DNA from: Rickettsiales bacterium
GTDB taxonomy: Bacteria; Pseudomonadota; Alphaproteobacteria; Rickettsiales; UBA3002
NCBI GenBank assembly: GCA_028281385.1
Contig: JANQJY010000011.1
Span: forward strand, 3,937-67,936
DNA length: 64,000 nt
Reading direction: 5' to 3'
Shown piece after piece: positions 8,627-17,373 of the stretch. The position numbers were made by a program, and so were the translations under genes. Numbering within the stretch: the stretch's first letter is position 1; each line of letters starts with the position of its first letter. The notes under the pieces were generated by a model, which searched no databases, had not been told where the DNA came from, and saw nothing but the letters and a program-made list of their open reading frames with translations.

Positions 8627-10753
8627 TTACTGAATAAAATTCTTCAGGCCTTTTTTGAAATTTTCCAAATCTTCCTTGACCTGTTTAACCGCTGCTTTGC
8701 CGGATTTTAGGTCGCGTTTCACATTTTGCTTGATGGTATCGCGTGTGGCGCGGAAATTATCTTCCGCATTTTTATAGACCTGTTTCGGCGTTTGTTTGGG
8801 AGCAGCATCAAGCTTCTGTTCAAACTCAGCGATGGATTTCAGGCATGGATTGTTATCTTCGGTAATACCCAGTCGGTCGGTGACCTGCTCGCCCAGCACG
8901 GCGGCCAGTCCGATGCCAGTGGTGGCGCCAAGCACCAGTTTGCCGATACCAATGACGGCATGACCGGCATCGAGTGTGACGCTGGGACTATCGATCGGTC
9001 CGGTAAGTTTCAAAGCCGGCACCACATCGACGACACCAAGAAAATGTGAGCGGGCTTTCAGTGTGAGATCACTGTTAAGGTCACTCAGATGAATGTCACC
9101 CGAGCCTTTGACAATCGCCCCGTCAGTTTTCATCGCCAGGGACTTGGTATGCGCCGTGCCCTGTTTGACATCAAAGTCGGCGACCAGACATTGCACGCCG
9201 AGTGACGAAGTATCGACATCATCCTTACCCTGCAACACAGAAATAAATTGTGCGGCTTTGTCGATCTTTTGATCGACATGGTAGGTTAGCTGGTCGAGAT
9301 AGAGTTTAATGGTGCCATCGCTGCTGCTGAGATATGTGTCCGTATTTGTGAAGGGACCGTTCAGGTGCAGCATTCCTTTTAAATGACCTTTGCTGACCGG
9401 CAGTGGATGACCAATCGTCTCGGCCAGTTTTTCAACGACCAGATCATTGGCGTAAAGTGTGGTTGCAAGAGTGGCGGGTTGAGCCGTTGCATTTAGCTGT
9501 GCTTCTCCTGTCAGACTGCCTTGCGATGTGTCTGCCTTGAATGGTTTAACGATCAGCGTGCCGTCTTTAAGCGATATTGTCGCATCGCTTCTTCCCAGTT
9601 TGGTTTTGTCCAGATGCACGGCATTGGCGCTTACCACAAGATCGGCATTGAGGGTGTGCATCCAGGCAAGGTCTGGTGCGTCAACGGGGGTAGTCGCTGT
9701 CTCATTGACTGTTACAACTGTACCCGTTTCTTGCGTGACAGGGGTGGTGCTTTCGCCAGTAAAGGAAAGTGCATCGGCATGAAGAATTGCGTTAACATAT
9801 GGCAGGGTGTTTTTCAGTGTGATATCGGCATTGCCGCTAAATTGATATGTATCATAACCGAATGACAGGTCTGACAGGGTAAATGTTTTGGTGGACCCTT
9901 TGGCTTTGCTGTGGAAGGTGACAGGTTCCTTACCACTTATATCCGTATCTATGGCATGACCCAGCGCATCAAGCGAAACCGTGGCGGCTTCAATCGCCAA
10001 GTCGAATATCTGTTGGTCCAGATTGAAAAACCCATCGAGTGAGGCATTAACTCCGGCCATGTTGAGTATATTAACGGTGCCGTGAAACACACCCTCTGCC
10101 ATGCGGCCATTTACACTCAGGTTGTTTTTTAAGTAAGATGCATCCACGATTATTGCATCGATCGAATGTTTACTGATGTTATTAAGCGTGGCAGAGGTGA
10201 TCTCCACCGTATAATCGTGTGAGTCATGATGGTTTATGTAGTGGATAGTACTGTTATGGACAGAAAGCTGGCCGATGGAAAAAGTATCGGAAGTATCTGC
10301 CATGTTTTCCGCCGCCGATTCGGAAGCAGTATCGTTTGTCGCATCGACATGCGAGGGTTCAGTTTCGAATGACCAACTGGTCTGTGTTTCTTTTTCTTCC
10401 AGTGCGATAATGGCATTATGCAATTCAATCGCATCAATGGCAAACTGTCCCTGTAATAATGGCAGAATGCGGAATGAGATGACTAGCTGGTCGGCTTTTA
10501 TCATGTCACTATGTTTGGCCCATTCAGGGTTGGAAAGGGTGACCGCGCTGGCCGAAATGGTCGGCGACAAGCTGAGCATGGTTTTGAGTTCGCCGGAAAC
10601 CGTTAAATGACGACCGGTTTCCTTTGCGATCGCCTCCGTGGCAAACTGTCTGACTTTTTCGACATCCAGCCAGGAATGCAGGCTGAAAAAAGCAACTCCT
10701 GCCAGTAGAATGAGAGAGAAAACGGTACCAATGACCCATTTTACGATATGCAT
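8627..10753 (-). CDS. AsmA-family outer-membrane biogenesis protein
   Basis: 708 aa. N-terminal anchor IGTVFSLILLAGVAFF followed by the typical AsmA opening (LTVSGELKTMLSLSPTISASAVTLSNPEWA) and a long beta-rich body. Confidence 0.8.
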   Translation of the reverse strand: MHIVKWVIGTVFSLILLAGVAFFSLHSWLDVEKVRQFATEAIAKETGRHLTVSGELKTMLSLSPTISASAVTLSNPEWAKHSDMIKADQLVISFRILPLLQGQFAIDAIELHNAIIALEEKETQTSWSFETEPSHVDATNDTASESAAENMADTSDTFSIGQLSVHNSTIHYINHHDSHDYTVEITSATLNNISKHSIDAIIVDASYLKNNLSVNGRMAEGVFHGTVNILNMAGVNASLDGFFNLDQQIFDLAIEAATVSLDALGHAIDTDISGKEPVTFHSKAKGSTKTFTLSDLSFGYDTYQFSGNADITLKNTLPYVNAILHADALSFTGESTTPVTQETGTVVTVNETATTPVDAPDLAWMHTLNADLVVSANAVHLDKTKLGRSDATISLKDGTLIVKPFKADTSQGSLTGEAQLNATAQPATLATTLYANDLVVEKLAETIGHPLPVSKGHLKGMLHLNGPFTNTDTYLSSSDGTIKLYLDQLTYHVDQKIDKAAQFISVLQGKDDVDTSSLGVQCLVADFDVKQGTAHTKSLAMKTDGAIVKGSGDIHLSDLNSDLTLKARSHFLGVVDVVPALKLTGPIDSPSVTLDAGHAVIGIGKLVLGATTGIGLAAVLGEQVTDRLGITEDNNPCLKSIAEFEQKLDAAPKQTPKQVYKNAEDNFRATRDTIKQNVKRDLKSGKAAVKQVKEDLENFKKGLKNFIQ

Positions 10754-10830
10754 GAATTACCTCCGGACGCTATGCAGCCTATGTCATAGCGAAAGTTCCC
10801 GCATTCGGCCAGAATTTTTCACTCCATTAC

Positions 10831-10927
10831 CTTGAAAGCGGCCAGAACGGGATTACATGAAGTTATACAGATTGCCGCATGGTGCGGGATCTGCGTGAAT
10901 TTTGCTTATTTATTAAGGAGATTTGTA
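10831..10927 (+). promoter_or_regulatory. candidate heat-shock promoter and ROSE-like RNA thermometer upstream of the small HSP
   Basis: CTTGAAA at 10831-10837, followed 17 nt after CTTG by ATTACAT, a partial match to the alphaproteobacterial RpoH consensus. The 5'-UTR has hairpin CCGCA-TGG-TGCGG (10875-10887). UUGCUU (10902-10907) can pair with the SD AAGGAG (10915-10920) leaving a G-G mismatch, as in ROSE elements. Confidence 0.35.
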
Positions 10928-11383
10928 ATGAATACATACTCTATTACACCCTTGTTGCGTCATGCTGTTGGGTTTGATCATTTCGATCATTTGTTTGACA
11001 GACTTCAGAAAATAGACGAAAGCTCCGCGAGTTATCCGCCCTATAATATCGAGAAATCCGGCGAGAATGACTATGCGATCACACTGGCCGTCGCCGGATT
11101 CAAAGAAGAGGATCTGGAGATTACGCAGGAGCGTGATGTGTTGGTTATCCGCGGAAAAATCGCCAAGGAAGTGGAAAATGACGGTCATGCCTATCTGCAT
11201 AAAGGCATTTCCACCCGCGCGTTTGAGCGTAAGTTCAATCTGGCGGAGCACGTCAAGGTGATTGGTGCGGAGTTGGAGAATGGCCTGCTTCAGGTGTCGC
11301 TGCAACGTGAGATTCCCGAAGAAGCCAAACCGCGCACGATTGCCATTGCGTCAAACGGCAAATTACTGGGAAAGAAAAAATAG
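10928..11383 (+). CDS. small heat-shock protein (Hsp20/IbpA family)
   Basis: AAGGAG RBS. Alpha-crystallin core YPPYNIEKSGENDYAITLAVAGFKEEDLEITQERDVLVIRGK. The longer 10832 start in the ORF track is unlikely. Confidence 0.9.
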   Translation: MNTYSITPLLRHAVGFDHFDHLFDRLQKIDESSASYPPYNIEKSGENDYAITLAVAGFKEEDLEITQERDVLVIRGKIAKEVENDGHAYLHKGISTRAFERKFNLAEHVKVIGAELENGLLQVSLQREIPEEAKPRTIAIASNGKLLGKKK

Positions 11384-11417
11384 TTTTCCGACCAGATTCG
11401 TAAAAACCATCTGAAAA

Positions 11418-11455
11418 GAAGAGGCCCGGAGGATGATGCAGCGGGCCTCTTTTTG
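11418..11455 (+). terminator. rho-independent terminator after the small HSP gene
   Basis: AGAGGCCCG - 13 nt loop - CGGGCCTCT, followed by TTTTT. Confidence 0.75.
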
Positions 11456-11497
11456 TACATTGTATTTACGGCGGATTTATCGTATAACCATGTGCGT

Positions 11498-12748
11498 ATG
11501 AGCATCAAGGTTAGCTACATCTATTCCGCCTGTATTCTGATCGAAACGCCGAATGTTAAAATCGTGTGCGACCCGTGGTTTACACCGGGCGCGTTCGATG
11601 GTGCCTGGCATCATTATCCGCCCTGCGATCATCCGATTGAAGTGATAGGCGAATGCGACATTATTTATATCTCACATATTCATCCTGATCATTATGATCC
11701 GGAGTTTTTAAGGGAATATCTCAAACGTTACACACCAACAATTCTGATTGCAGATTTCAAACATAATTACCTGGCAAAAAAAATGACCATAGACGGTATC
11801 CCGCATGAGGTGACCAACTATTACAAGGTAGGCGATACAGAGATAGGCCTGTTTCCGCATAATGATGATGATCCGCATGAAATTGACAGTGCCATGGCGG
11901 TCAAATGGAAGGATCATGCGGTCGCCAATATGAATGATAATTGTTACAGTGAAGAACAGCTTGATAGAGTAAAAGCATTCGCTGATCATTACCAGATCGG
12001 GTTGATGGGATATGCAGCGGCTTCTGCCTATCCGCAGCGTTTTTATGATGATGAAGCGATCATTAATGAAAAGAAAAAAGCAACCATTGAGAAATGTAAA
12101 AATAAATATCTGAAAATGGCGGCGTACCTGAATCCGGATAAGCGGATTCCATTCGCGGGTAAATATATTCTCGGCGGACGGCATTGGCATTTAACCAAAC
12201 ATATGGCCTTTGTCGATCCGCTGGATGTGAAGGAAATTGATGATAATGTCATCGTGCTCGATGATTATGGTAAAGGCTGGATTGATACCAAAGATCTGGT
12301 GCCGCATAACGAACGTGAAAAGCATTATGATGTAGCCGATATATTACGTCATGCCGAAACCACTAAAGGTAATACCTACCCGTATGATGTGGAACTGGCG
12401 AGCCTGAATGTCGATCGCATTCCCTATAAGCGCCTGTTTGCATCGGCGTATAAAAATGCCCTGCGTATGTCGGCGACCGATAAGGATTGGTATCTGTGCG
12501 TCAAATTGATCGATGACTGGTTTGTCGGCAATATGAATAAAAACAAAGCAGAGATGCGGTTTGTAAAAGATGTGTCGGATATTGAGAGGCGCACCGAGAT
12601 CACCGTTGATCTGAAATATCTTTTCGGGTTGCTCACTTGTCTGTATCATTGGAACAATGCCTTTGGCGGTTCGCATTATGATGAGCGGCGTTATCCGGAT
12701 GAGTTTGATCCGCAGGTCGAAAATTTTGTCAATTTCTTGCATGTATAG
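11498..12748 (+). CDS. MBL-fold metallo-hydrolase
   Basis: HxHxDH-type motif in IIYISHIHPDHYD and the beta-lactamase-fold opening ACILIETPNVKIVCDPWF. ATG 11498 is preferred over the track start at 11453, which overlaps the terminator. Confidence 0.65.
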   Translation: MSIKVSYIYSACILIETPNVKIVCDPWFTPGAFDGAWHHYPPCDHPIEVIGECDIIYISHIHPDHYDPEFLREYLKRYTPTILIADFKHNYLAKKMTIDGIPHEVTNYYKVGDTEIGLFPHNDDDPHEIDSAMAVKWKDHAVANMNDNCYSEEQLDRVKAFADHYQIGLMGYAAASAYPQRFYDDEAIINEKKKATIEKCKNKYLKMAAYLNPDKRIPFAGKYILGGRHWHLTKHMAFVDPLDVKEIDDNVIVLDDYGKGWIDTKDLVPHNEREKHYDVADILRHAETTKGNTYPYDVELASLNVDRIPYKRLFASAYKNALRMSATDKDWYLCVKLIDDWFVGNMNKNKAEMRFVKDVSDIERRTEITVDLKYLFGLLTCLYHWNNAFGGSHYDERRYPDEFDPQVENFVNFLHV

Positions 12749-12762
12749 GGTAGGCTGACATT

Positions 12763-13638
12763 ATGGCGCAACTGGAACTGGCCGAACATGACTATGGTTA
12801 TTTCGAAGCGAAGAACAAGCCGACGCCGGAGTTTCTCTCCAACTATTATGCGGAAAAATATTATCAGCAGGATAAGGGACAATATGACCATCACTATCCG
12901 CAGGAAGAGGTTGCCTATTTCCTGACACTGGAAGAGCGTTATTTTCATATCGTCTCGCAGGTGACACAAAAAGAATCCGGCAGCTATCTGAATATCGGTT
13001 GCGGTGAAGGCTGGGGACTGCGCTATATGCATGCACAGGGCTGGGACGTGACCGGCATGGATTTCTCCATTTATGGATGCCAGACGCATAACCCCGACAT
13101 GGCGCAACATGTCATGCAGGGCGATATCTTCCAGCTCATCAATACGCTGGATAAGACCTATGATTATGTGGCGCTCAATAATGTGCTTGAGCATGTGATT
13201 GATCCGATCGGACTGGTGGAGGATATCAAATCGAAATTATCGGATACGAGCGTGCTGGTGGTCAACGTGCCGAATGATTTTTCGGTGGTGCAGAAATACG
13301 CACTGGAAAAAGGTTATATTGACCGGGAGTTCTGGGTCTCAAGCGAAGAAGCACCGGAGCATCTCAATTATTTTACCCTTGCCTCGCTTAAAACCCTGAT
13401 GGAAAAACATGGTTATAAGACGCAACATTTGACGACCGCCTGGCCGATTGATCTCGATTTGTTGCATGAGCATACCAATTATGTGATGCATGGAGAGGTC
13501 GGGAAATTTTCGCATCAAAAACGCATCCGCGTGGAAAATTTCCTTAATCAATTATCGCTCGATAAAGTCGCTGATTATTATGCTTCACTTGCCGCACTCG
13601 GTCTCGGGCGCGATGTGATCGGATTTTTTACCAGATAA
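12763..13638 (+). CDS. class I SAM-dependent methyltransferase
   Basis: Motif I YLNIGCGEGWGLRY. Post-I acidic residue in VTGMDFS. Motif VALNNVLEHV. Confidence 0.75.
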   Translation: MAQLELAEHDYGYFEAKNKPTPEFLSNYYAEKYYQQDKGQYDHHYPQEEVAYFLTLEERYFHIVSQVTQKESGSYLNIGCGEGWGLRYMHAQGWDVTGMDFSIYGCQTHNPDMAQHVMQGDIFQLINTLDKTYDYVALNNVLEHVIDPIGLVEDIKSKLSDTSVLVVNVPNDFSVVQKYALEKGYIDREFWVSSEEAPEHLNYFTLASLKTLMEKHGYKTQHLTTAWPIDLDLLHEHTNYVMHGEVGKFSHQKRIRVENFLNQLSLDKVADYYASLAALGLGRDVIGFFTR

Positions 13639-14642
13639 CCGGCACGGTTATTCTTATAGAGATGCTGCTCAAATATGCGTGCGCAATTCTCCCAGGAATA
13701 GTTCAGTGCGTAATGGCGGCAATCCTCGCGATTCAATGTCAGCGCTTTTTCCGCCGCCTGCTTTAAATCATCATGTAATATACCGGCTTTCTCATCGGTG
13801 ATGACATCGATTGGCCCCGTCACCGGATAAGCGGCCACCGGCGTGCCGCAGGCCAGCGCTTCGAGCATTACCAACCCGAAAGTATCTGTCTTACTGGGAA
13901 AGACAAACACATCCGCATTGGCATAATGTTGCGCCAGTGCTTTGCCGAATATCGCACCGGCAAACACCGCATCGGAATAAGCGACTTCGAGCTTTTTGCG
14001 ATCCGGCCCGTCACCGACCAGCAGTTTAGTGCCCTCCATCTTCAGATTCAAAAAGGCTTCAAGATTTTTTTCGACAGCAATGCGCCCGACATACAGCCAG
14101 ATCGGGCGGGGGTAAGGTGAAGAATCGTCTCGCTTGTCCGGATGGAATAACTCGGTATCTACCCCTCGTGTCCATGGTGTCAGGTTGCTAAACCCATAAG
14201 ATGCCAGTTCACGCTTCAGTGATGGGGTGGCGACAAACAACGCTTTGGATGGCGCGTGAAACCAACGCAGAATTCGGTACGTCCAATTCACGGGAATATG
14301 AAAACGTCTGGCAATATATTCCGGAAATTTGGTGTGATAGGAGGTGGTGAATCCGAGGCCGTGCTTTTGGCAATAGCGTCTGGTGGCATATCCCAGTGGC
14401 CCTTCGGTAGCGATATGAATACAGTCCGGTTGCAGTGTATGTAATTGTTGCGAGACGTTCCATACGTCCCACGCCAGACGAATTTCGGGATAGGTCGGGC
14501 AGGGGATAGTGCGGAATTGCTGCGGCGTAATCATTGTCACCCGATGACCGAACTGCTCAAGATGTTGCCGTACCATATCGAGCGTGCGCACCACACCGTT
14601 CACCTGCGGATACCAGGCATCACTCACGATAACGATATGCAT
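13578..14642 (-). CDS. GT-B family glycosyltransferase (GT1/GT4-like)
   Basis: Opening MHIVIVSDAWYPQVNGVVRT and C-terminal SKTDTFGLVMLEALACGTPV motif. The start was trimmed to ATG 14642. The 3' end overlaps the convergent methyltransferase gene by ~60 nt. Confidence 0.8.
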   Translation of the reverse strand: MHIVIVSDAWYPQVNGVVRTLDMVRQHLEQFGHRVTMITPQQFRTIPCPTYPEIRLAWDVWNVSQQLHTLQPDCIHIATEGPLGYATRRYCQKHGLGFTTSYHTKFPEYIARRFHIPVNWTYRILRWFHAPSKALFVATPSLKRELASYGFSNLTPWTRGVDTELFHPDKRDDSSPYPRPIWLYVGRIAVEKNLEAFLNLKMEGTKLLVGDGPDRKKLEVAYSDAVFAGAIFGKALAQHYANADVFVFPSKTDTFGLVMLEALACGTPVAAYPVTGPIDVITDEKAGILHDDLKQAAEKALTLNREDCRHYALNYSWENCARIFEQHLYKNNRAGYLVKNPITSRPRPSAASEA

Positions 14643-14646
14643 CGGA

Positions 14647-15447
14647 TTACGCGGGCTCGGGTTCACGTTTCTCGCTCCGCTTTTTGGTGTGGTATTTGTT
14701 GAGTTCATCAACCCAGTAAATGATTTCGAGTTGGCCATTATAATGCTCGACCAGCGCGGTACAGCTTTCAACCCAATCACCGTCATTGCAATAGAGGATA
14801 CCGTCTATCTCCTTAATCTCCGCATGATGGATATGCCCGCATACCACGCCGTCGGCGTCATATTGCCGTGCGACATCGACCAGGAAATGCTCGAAATTGC
14901 TTATTAATTCAACGGCTTTTTTAACCCTGTGTTTCAAATAGGCTGACAGTGACCAGTACGGATATCCGCACAGGTTGCGCAGATGATTCACCCAGCGATT
15001 CAAACGCAGTGCCATCTCATACGAACGGTCACCCACATAGGCCAGCCACCGGGCGTATTTCATCACCCCGTCAAATTCATCGCCATGCATGATCAGCAGG
15101 CATCGCCCGTCAGCCGTCATATGCTCGGCGCGTTTTTTAACGATGATATTGCCGAATTTCATATCGACATAATCGCGTAGAAATTCGTCATGGTTGCCGG
15201 GTACATAAATCACCTCAGTACCTTTGCGTGCCTTGCGCAGGGTTTTCTGGATCACATCGCTGTGCGATTGTTCCCAGAACCAGCCGCGCCGGATTTTCCA
15301 ACCATCGACAATATCGCCAACCAGATAGAGCGTTTCCGATTCGGTATGTTTGAAAAAGTCGAGCAGGAATTCCGCTTTACAGTCACGCGTTCCCAGATGG
15401 ATATCGGATATCCAGATTGTACGGAATGTATAGGTCGGTCGTTTCAC
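14647..15447 (-). CDS. calcineurin-like metallophosphoesterase, LpxH-like (UDP-2,3-diacylglucosamine diphosphatase family)
   Basis: Motifs SDIHLG, GDIVDG, GNHD, HGD and GHIH appear in canonical order. The likely start is GTG 15447 (VKRPTYTFRTIWISDIHLG). The 53-codon upstream extension in the ORF track has no homology-like features. Confidence 0.65.
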   Translation of the reverse strand: MKRPTYTFRTIWISDIHLGTRDCKAEFLLDFFKHTESETLYLVGDIVDGWKIRRGWFWEQSHSDVIQKTLRKARKGTEVIYVPGNHDEFLRDYVDMKFGNIIVKKRAEHMTADGRCLLIMHGDEFDGVMKYARWLAYVGDRSYEMALRLNRWVNHLRNLCGYPYWSLSAYLKHRVKKAVELISNFEHFLVDVARQYDADGVVCGHIHHAEIKEIDGILYCNDGDWVESCTALVEHYNGQLEIIYWVDELNKYHTKKRSEKREPEPA

Positions 15448-15553
15448 GGCATATCCCCACCCGGCATTCCCAGCTAATGCCAAACCTTCCAAAAAGATTA
15501 ACAGAAATTTGGTTGTCCGAATACTAACTTCGACATTTTTCTCACAGGGAGAT

Positions 15554-15652
15554 GTCGTCGGCCAAGCACTCGAAAAACATACCGATAGTATTGTCGAGAA
15601 AATCATTGCGAAGAATCCGAATATGTTTCAGGAAAGCGTCGGGCAAATATTG
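15554..15652 (+). repeat. relic copy of the C-terminal junction segment of the 16102-17337 gene
   Basis: It translates to VVGQALEKHTDSIVEKIIAKNPNMFQESVGQIL, against IIGQALEKQADSIVEKIIAKNPNMFQASVGRVL at 16933-17031. By hand count, 78/99 nt are identical overall and 55/60 in the core. Confidence 0.8.
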
Positions 15653-15657
15653 AAATG

Positions 15658-16032
15658 CTATAGCACCAATATTGCATACCACCCAATGCCAATGCCAATG
15701 ACGAAGACGCACAGGGCGTAGAGGCTATACAGGGTGCAGCTGGCCAGCGCTATGCGTGGATAGGTGCTGTTATGCTGGTTGCGCCAGCCAAATACCGCGC
15801 CTAATGGGGCGATGAGAAAGGGATAAAGCAGGAAGGTGTAGCAGGTCATAGGATATATAAGAGTTGCGCTTAATGGGAACGGCAAAGCATCAATGTCGGG
15901 AATCATGTATATCAAGCACCAATACATAATTCCGAAAACCAAATACCCTCCCCACCACACGGCGATGGTTCTGGCGAAGCTGTGTTCACCGTTCCAATAG
16001 CTTAGAAACCATTTGTTTATTTTTTTCGTCAT
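15658..16032 (-). CDS. small polytopic membrane protein (124 aa, ~4 TM)
   Basis: ATG 16032 with an AAGGAA RBS. Hydrophobic segments WWGGYLVFGIMYWCLIYMI, TLIYPMTCYTFLLYPFLIAPLGAVF and LYALCVFVIGIGIGWYAILVL. The 260-aa form in the ORF track overlaps the divergent gene and is rejected. Confidence 0.55.
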   Translation of the reverse strand: MTKKINKWFLSYWNGEHSFARTIAVWWGGYLVFGIMYWCLIYMIPDIDALPFPLSATLIYPMTCYTFLLYPFLIAPLGAVFGWRNQHNSTYPRIALASCTLYSLYALCVFVIGIGIGWYAILVL

Positions 16033-16101
16033 TGTTCCTTCCGCATGATTGGCACCATTCATACAATAGAAAAATTCACTCATAACCGAAAGGAATTTAT
16101 C

Positions 16102-17337
16102 ATGCGCAAAACTCATTTGACTGCCGAAGATGTTAACGCTCTGCAGCGCACCTTCAACCAGCGGGGCCGCACCGCTTTTTACCTGCATTATTATGAGCTG
16201 ACTGGCAATGACCAAGTACTGGAACAGGCAAAGATTTCTACTTTCAGTGAGACGCTTGGTGGCACAGCAAAAGTGGCGAATGAACGGTTGGTGTCTCAGT
16301 TGGAACACTATCCCAAAGAAGGGGTAATTGCTTTCTCGCAGGAGATTGCACGCGATCTTTTGCGCACAGTGCGTGGTGATGTATTGCGTGGTGGCAGCGG
16401 TGTGTTGAGTAATCTGGAAGTGGTCGAACGCGCGCATCATGTGTGGGATGCCAAGGGTATTGGCAGTTATTTTCCGGGGAATGCGGAGATCATAATCGAA
16501 AAACTCAGCACGACAGGATTTTCAGGATTAAGCGACTTTATATTATCCCCCGGCACGTTCACTGCCGTTGTATCCTTTCCGGAAGGCTTGTTGTCTGGCT
16601 CAACTCAAAGTGACTTCACCGATGTACCCTATGAAGTTCATCGCACGGCAGATGGTGCAGTGGAGTTCATCGTTGATAGCAGTCAAAATGACAAAGTGGT
16701 GTTTGTGGGTGGTGTGGCGGACCGACGATTCCCTGACTATGTACCACAATCCGGCGCTTCGGCAACAGCAGGTTTTTCCACATCGATCGGCAATTTTATC
16801 GGTAACATCGGTTCGGGCATTGCAGATTTTTTTGCCGGCAGTTCGTCCGGCGGTACGTCGCAATTCATGCCGCGTCGTGGTGGCGGTGGTTTTACCCGTG
16901 CCAGTACAGTGACGCCATCGAGTGTTGAGGGGATTATCGGTCAGGCATTGGAGAAACAGGCGGATAGTATTGTCGAAAAGATCATTGCGAAAAATCCGAA
17001 CATGTTTCAGGCAAGCGTCGGGCGGGTGCTGGCACAGTCAACGCAGCGGTTCGGCGAGGCATTGCGCAAAGGGCGAATCAATGATCTCGAAGATGCCTTC
17101 ACCGCAGTGTTAAGAGGTAAACCGGGTGAAGTCGGCATCATGTATGATATCGGCAATCACGTCATCGGTGGGTTGCTGGAAGCAGCGCTCAAAGAAGTGT
17201 TCAACAAGACCCGTACCAGCACCTTCGCCCGCGAGTCGGACCGTTCGGTCAATGTCAATAACAATTTCCGTCAGAGCCGCGGTCAGCAGGCTGTCGAACT
17301 GATTCGCCTGCTTGAGAAGGGTAAGCGCAATACATAG
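16102..17337 (+). CDS. hypothetical bipartite protein (412 aa) with a Gly/Ser-rich linker
   Basis: AAAGGAA RBS before ATG 16102. An N-terminal ~270 aa region, then the linker FFAGSSSGGTSQFMPRRGGGGF, then a ~135 aa helical C-terminal region. No family recognised. Confidence 0.55.
   Translation: MRKTHLTAEDVNALQRTFNQRGRTAFYLHYYELTGNDQVLEQAKISTFSETLGGTAKVANERLVSQLEHYPKEGVIAFSQEIARDLLRTVRGDVLRGGSGVLSNLEVVERAHHVWDAKGIGSYFPGNAEIIIEKLSTTGFSGLSDFILSPGTFTAVVSFPEGLLSGSTQSDFTDVPYEVHRTADGAVEFIVDSSQNDKVVFVGGVADRRFPDYVPQSGASATAGFSTSIGNFIGNIGSGIADFFAGSSSGGTSQFMPRRGGGGFTRASTVTPSSVEGIIGQALEKQADSIVEKIIAKNPNMFQASVGRVLAQSTQRFGEALRKGRINDLEDAFTAVLRGKPGEVGIMYDIGNHVIGGLLEAALKEVFNKTRTSTFARESDRSVNVNNNFRQSRGQQAVELIRLLEKGKRNT
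16933..17031 (+). repeat. intact counterpart of the 15554-15652 relic
   Basis: See the feature at 15554-15652. It lies in frame within the 16102-17337 CDS, immediately after the Gly-rich linker. Confidence 0.8.
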
Positions 17338-17373
17338 TCCGTTTTCTGTTAACAGATTGTCAATGACACATCG

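Noticed and set aside
14647-15606. Full 319-aa version of the LpxH-like ORF
   Set aside because: The first 53 codons (MIFSTILSVCFSSAWPTT...) lie antisense to the gene relic and have no phosphoesterase homology features. GTG 15447, just before the DIHLG motif, is the likelier start.
15509-15721. 70-aa plus-strand ORF containing the VVGQALEK... block
   Set aside because: Only the middle 33 codons show homology to the 16102-17337 gene. The rest overlaps the LpxH-like upstream region and the 3' end of the membrane gene. It is treated as a gene relic, not a CDS.
15658-16440. 260-aa version of the minus-strand membrane ORF
   Set aside because: The upstream 136 codons overlap the start and RBS of the divergent 412-aa gene and are not hydrophobic or protein-like. 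ATG 16032, which has an RBS, gives a coherent 124-aa membrane protein.
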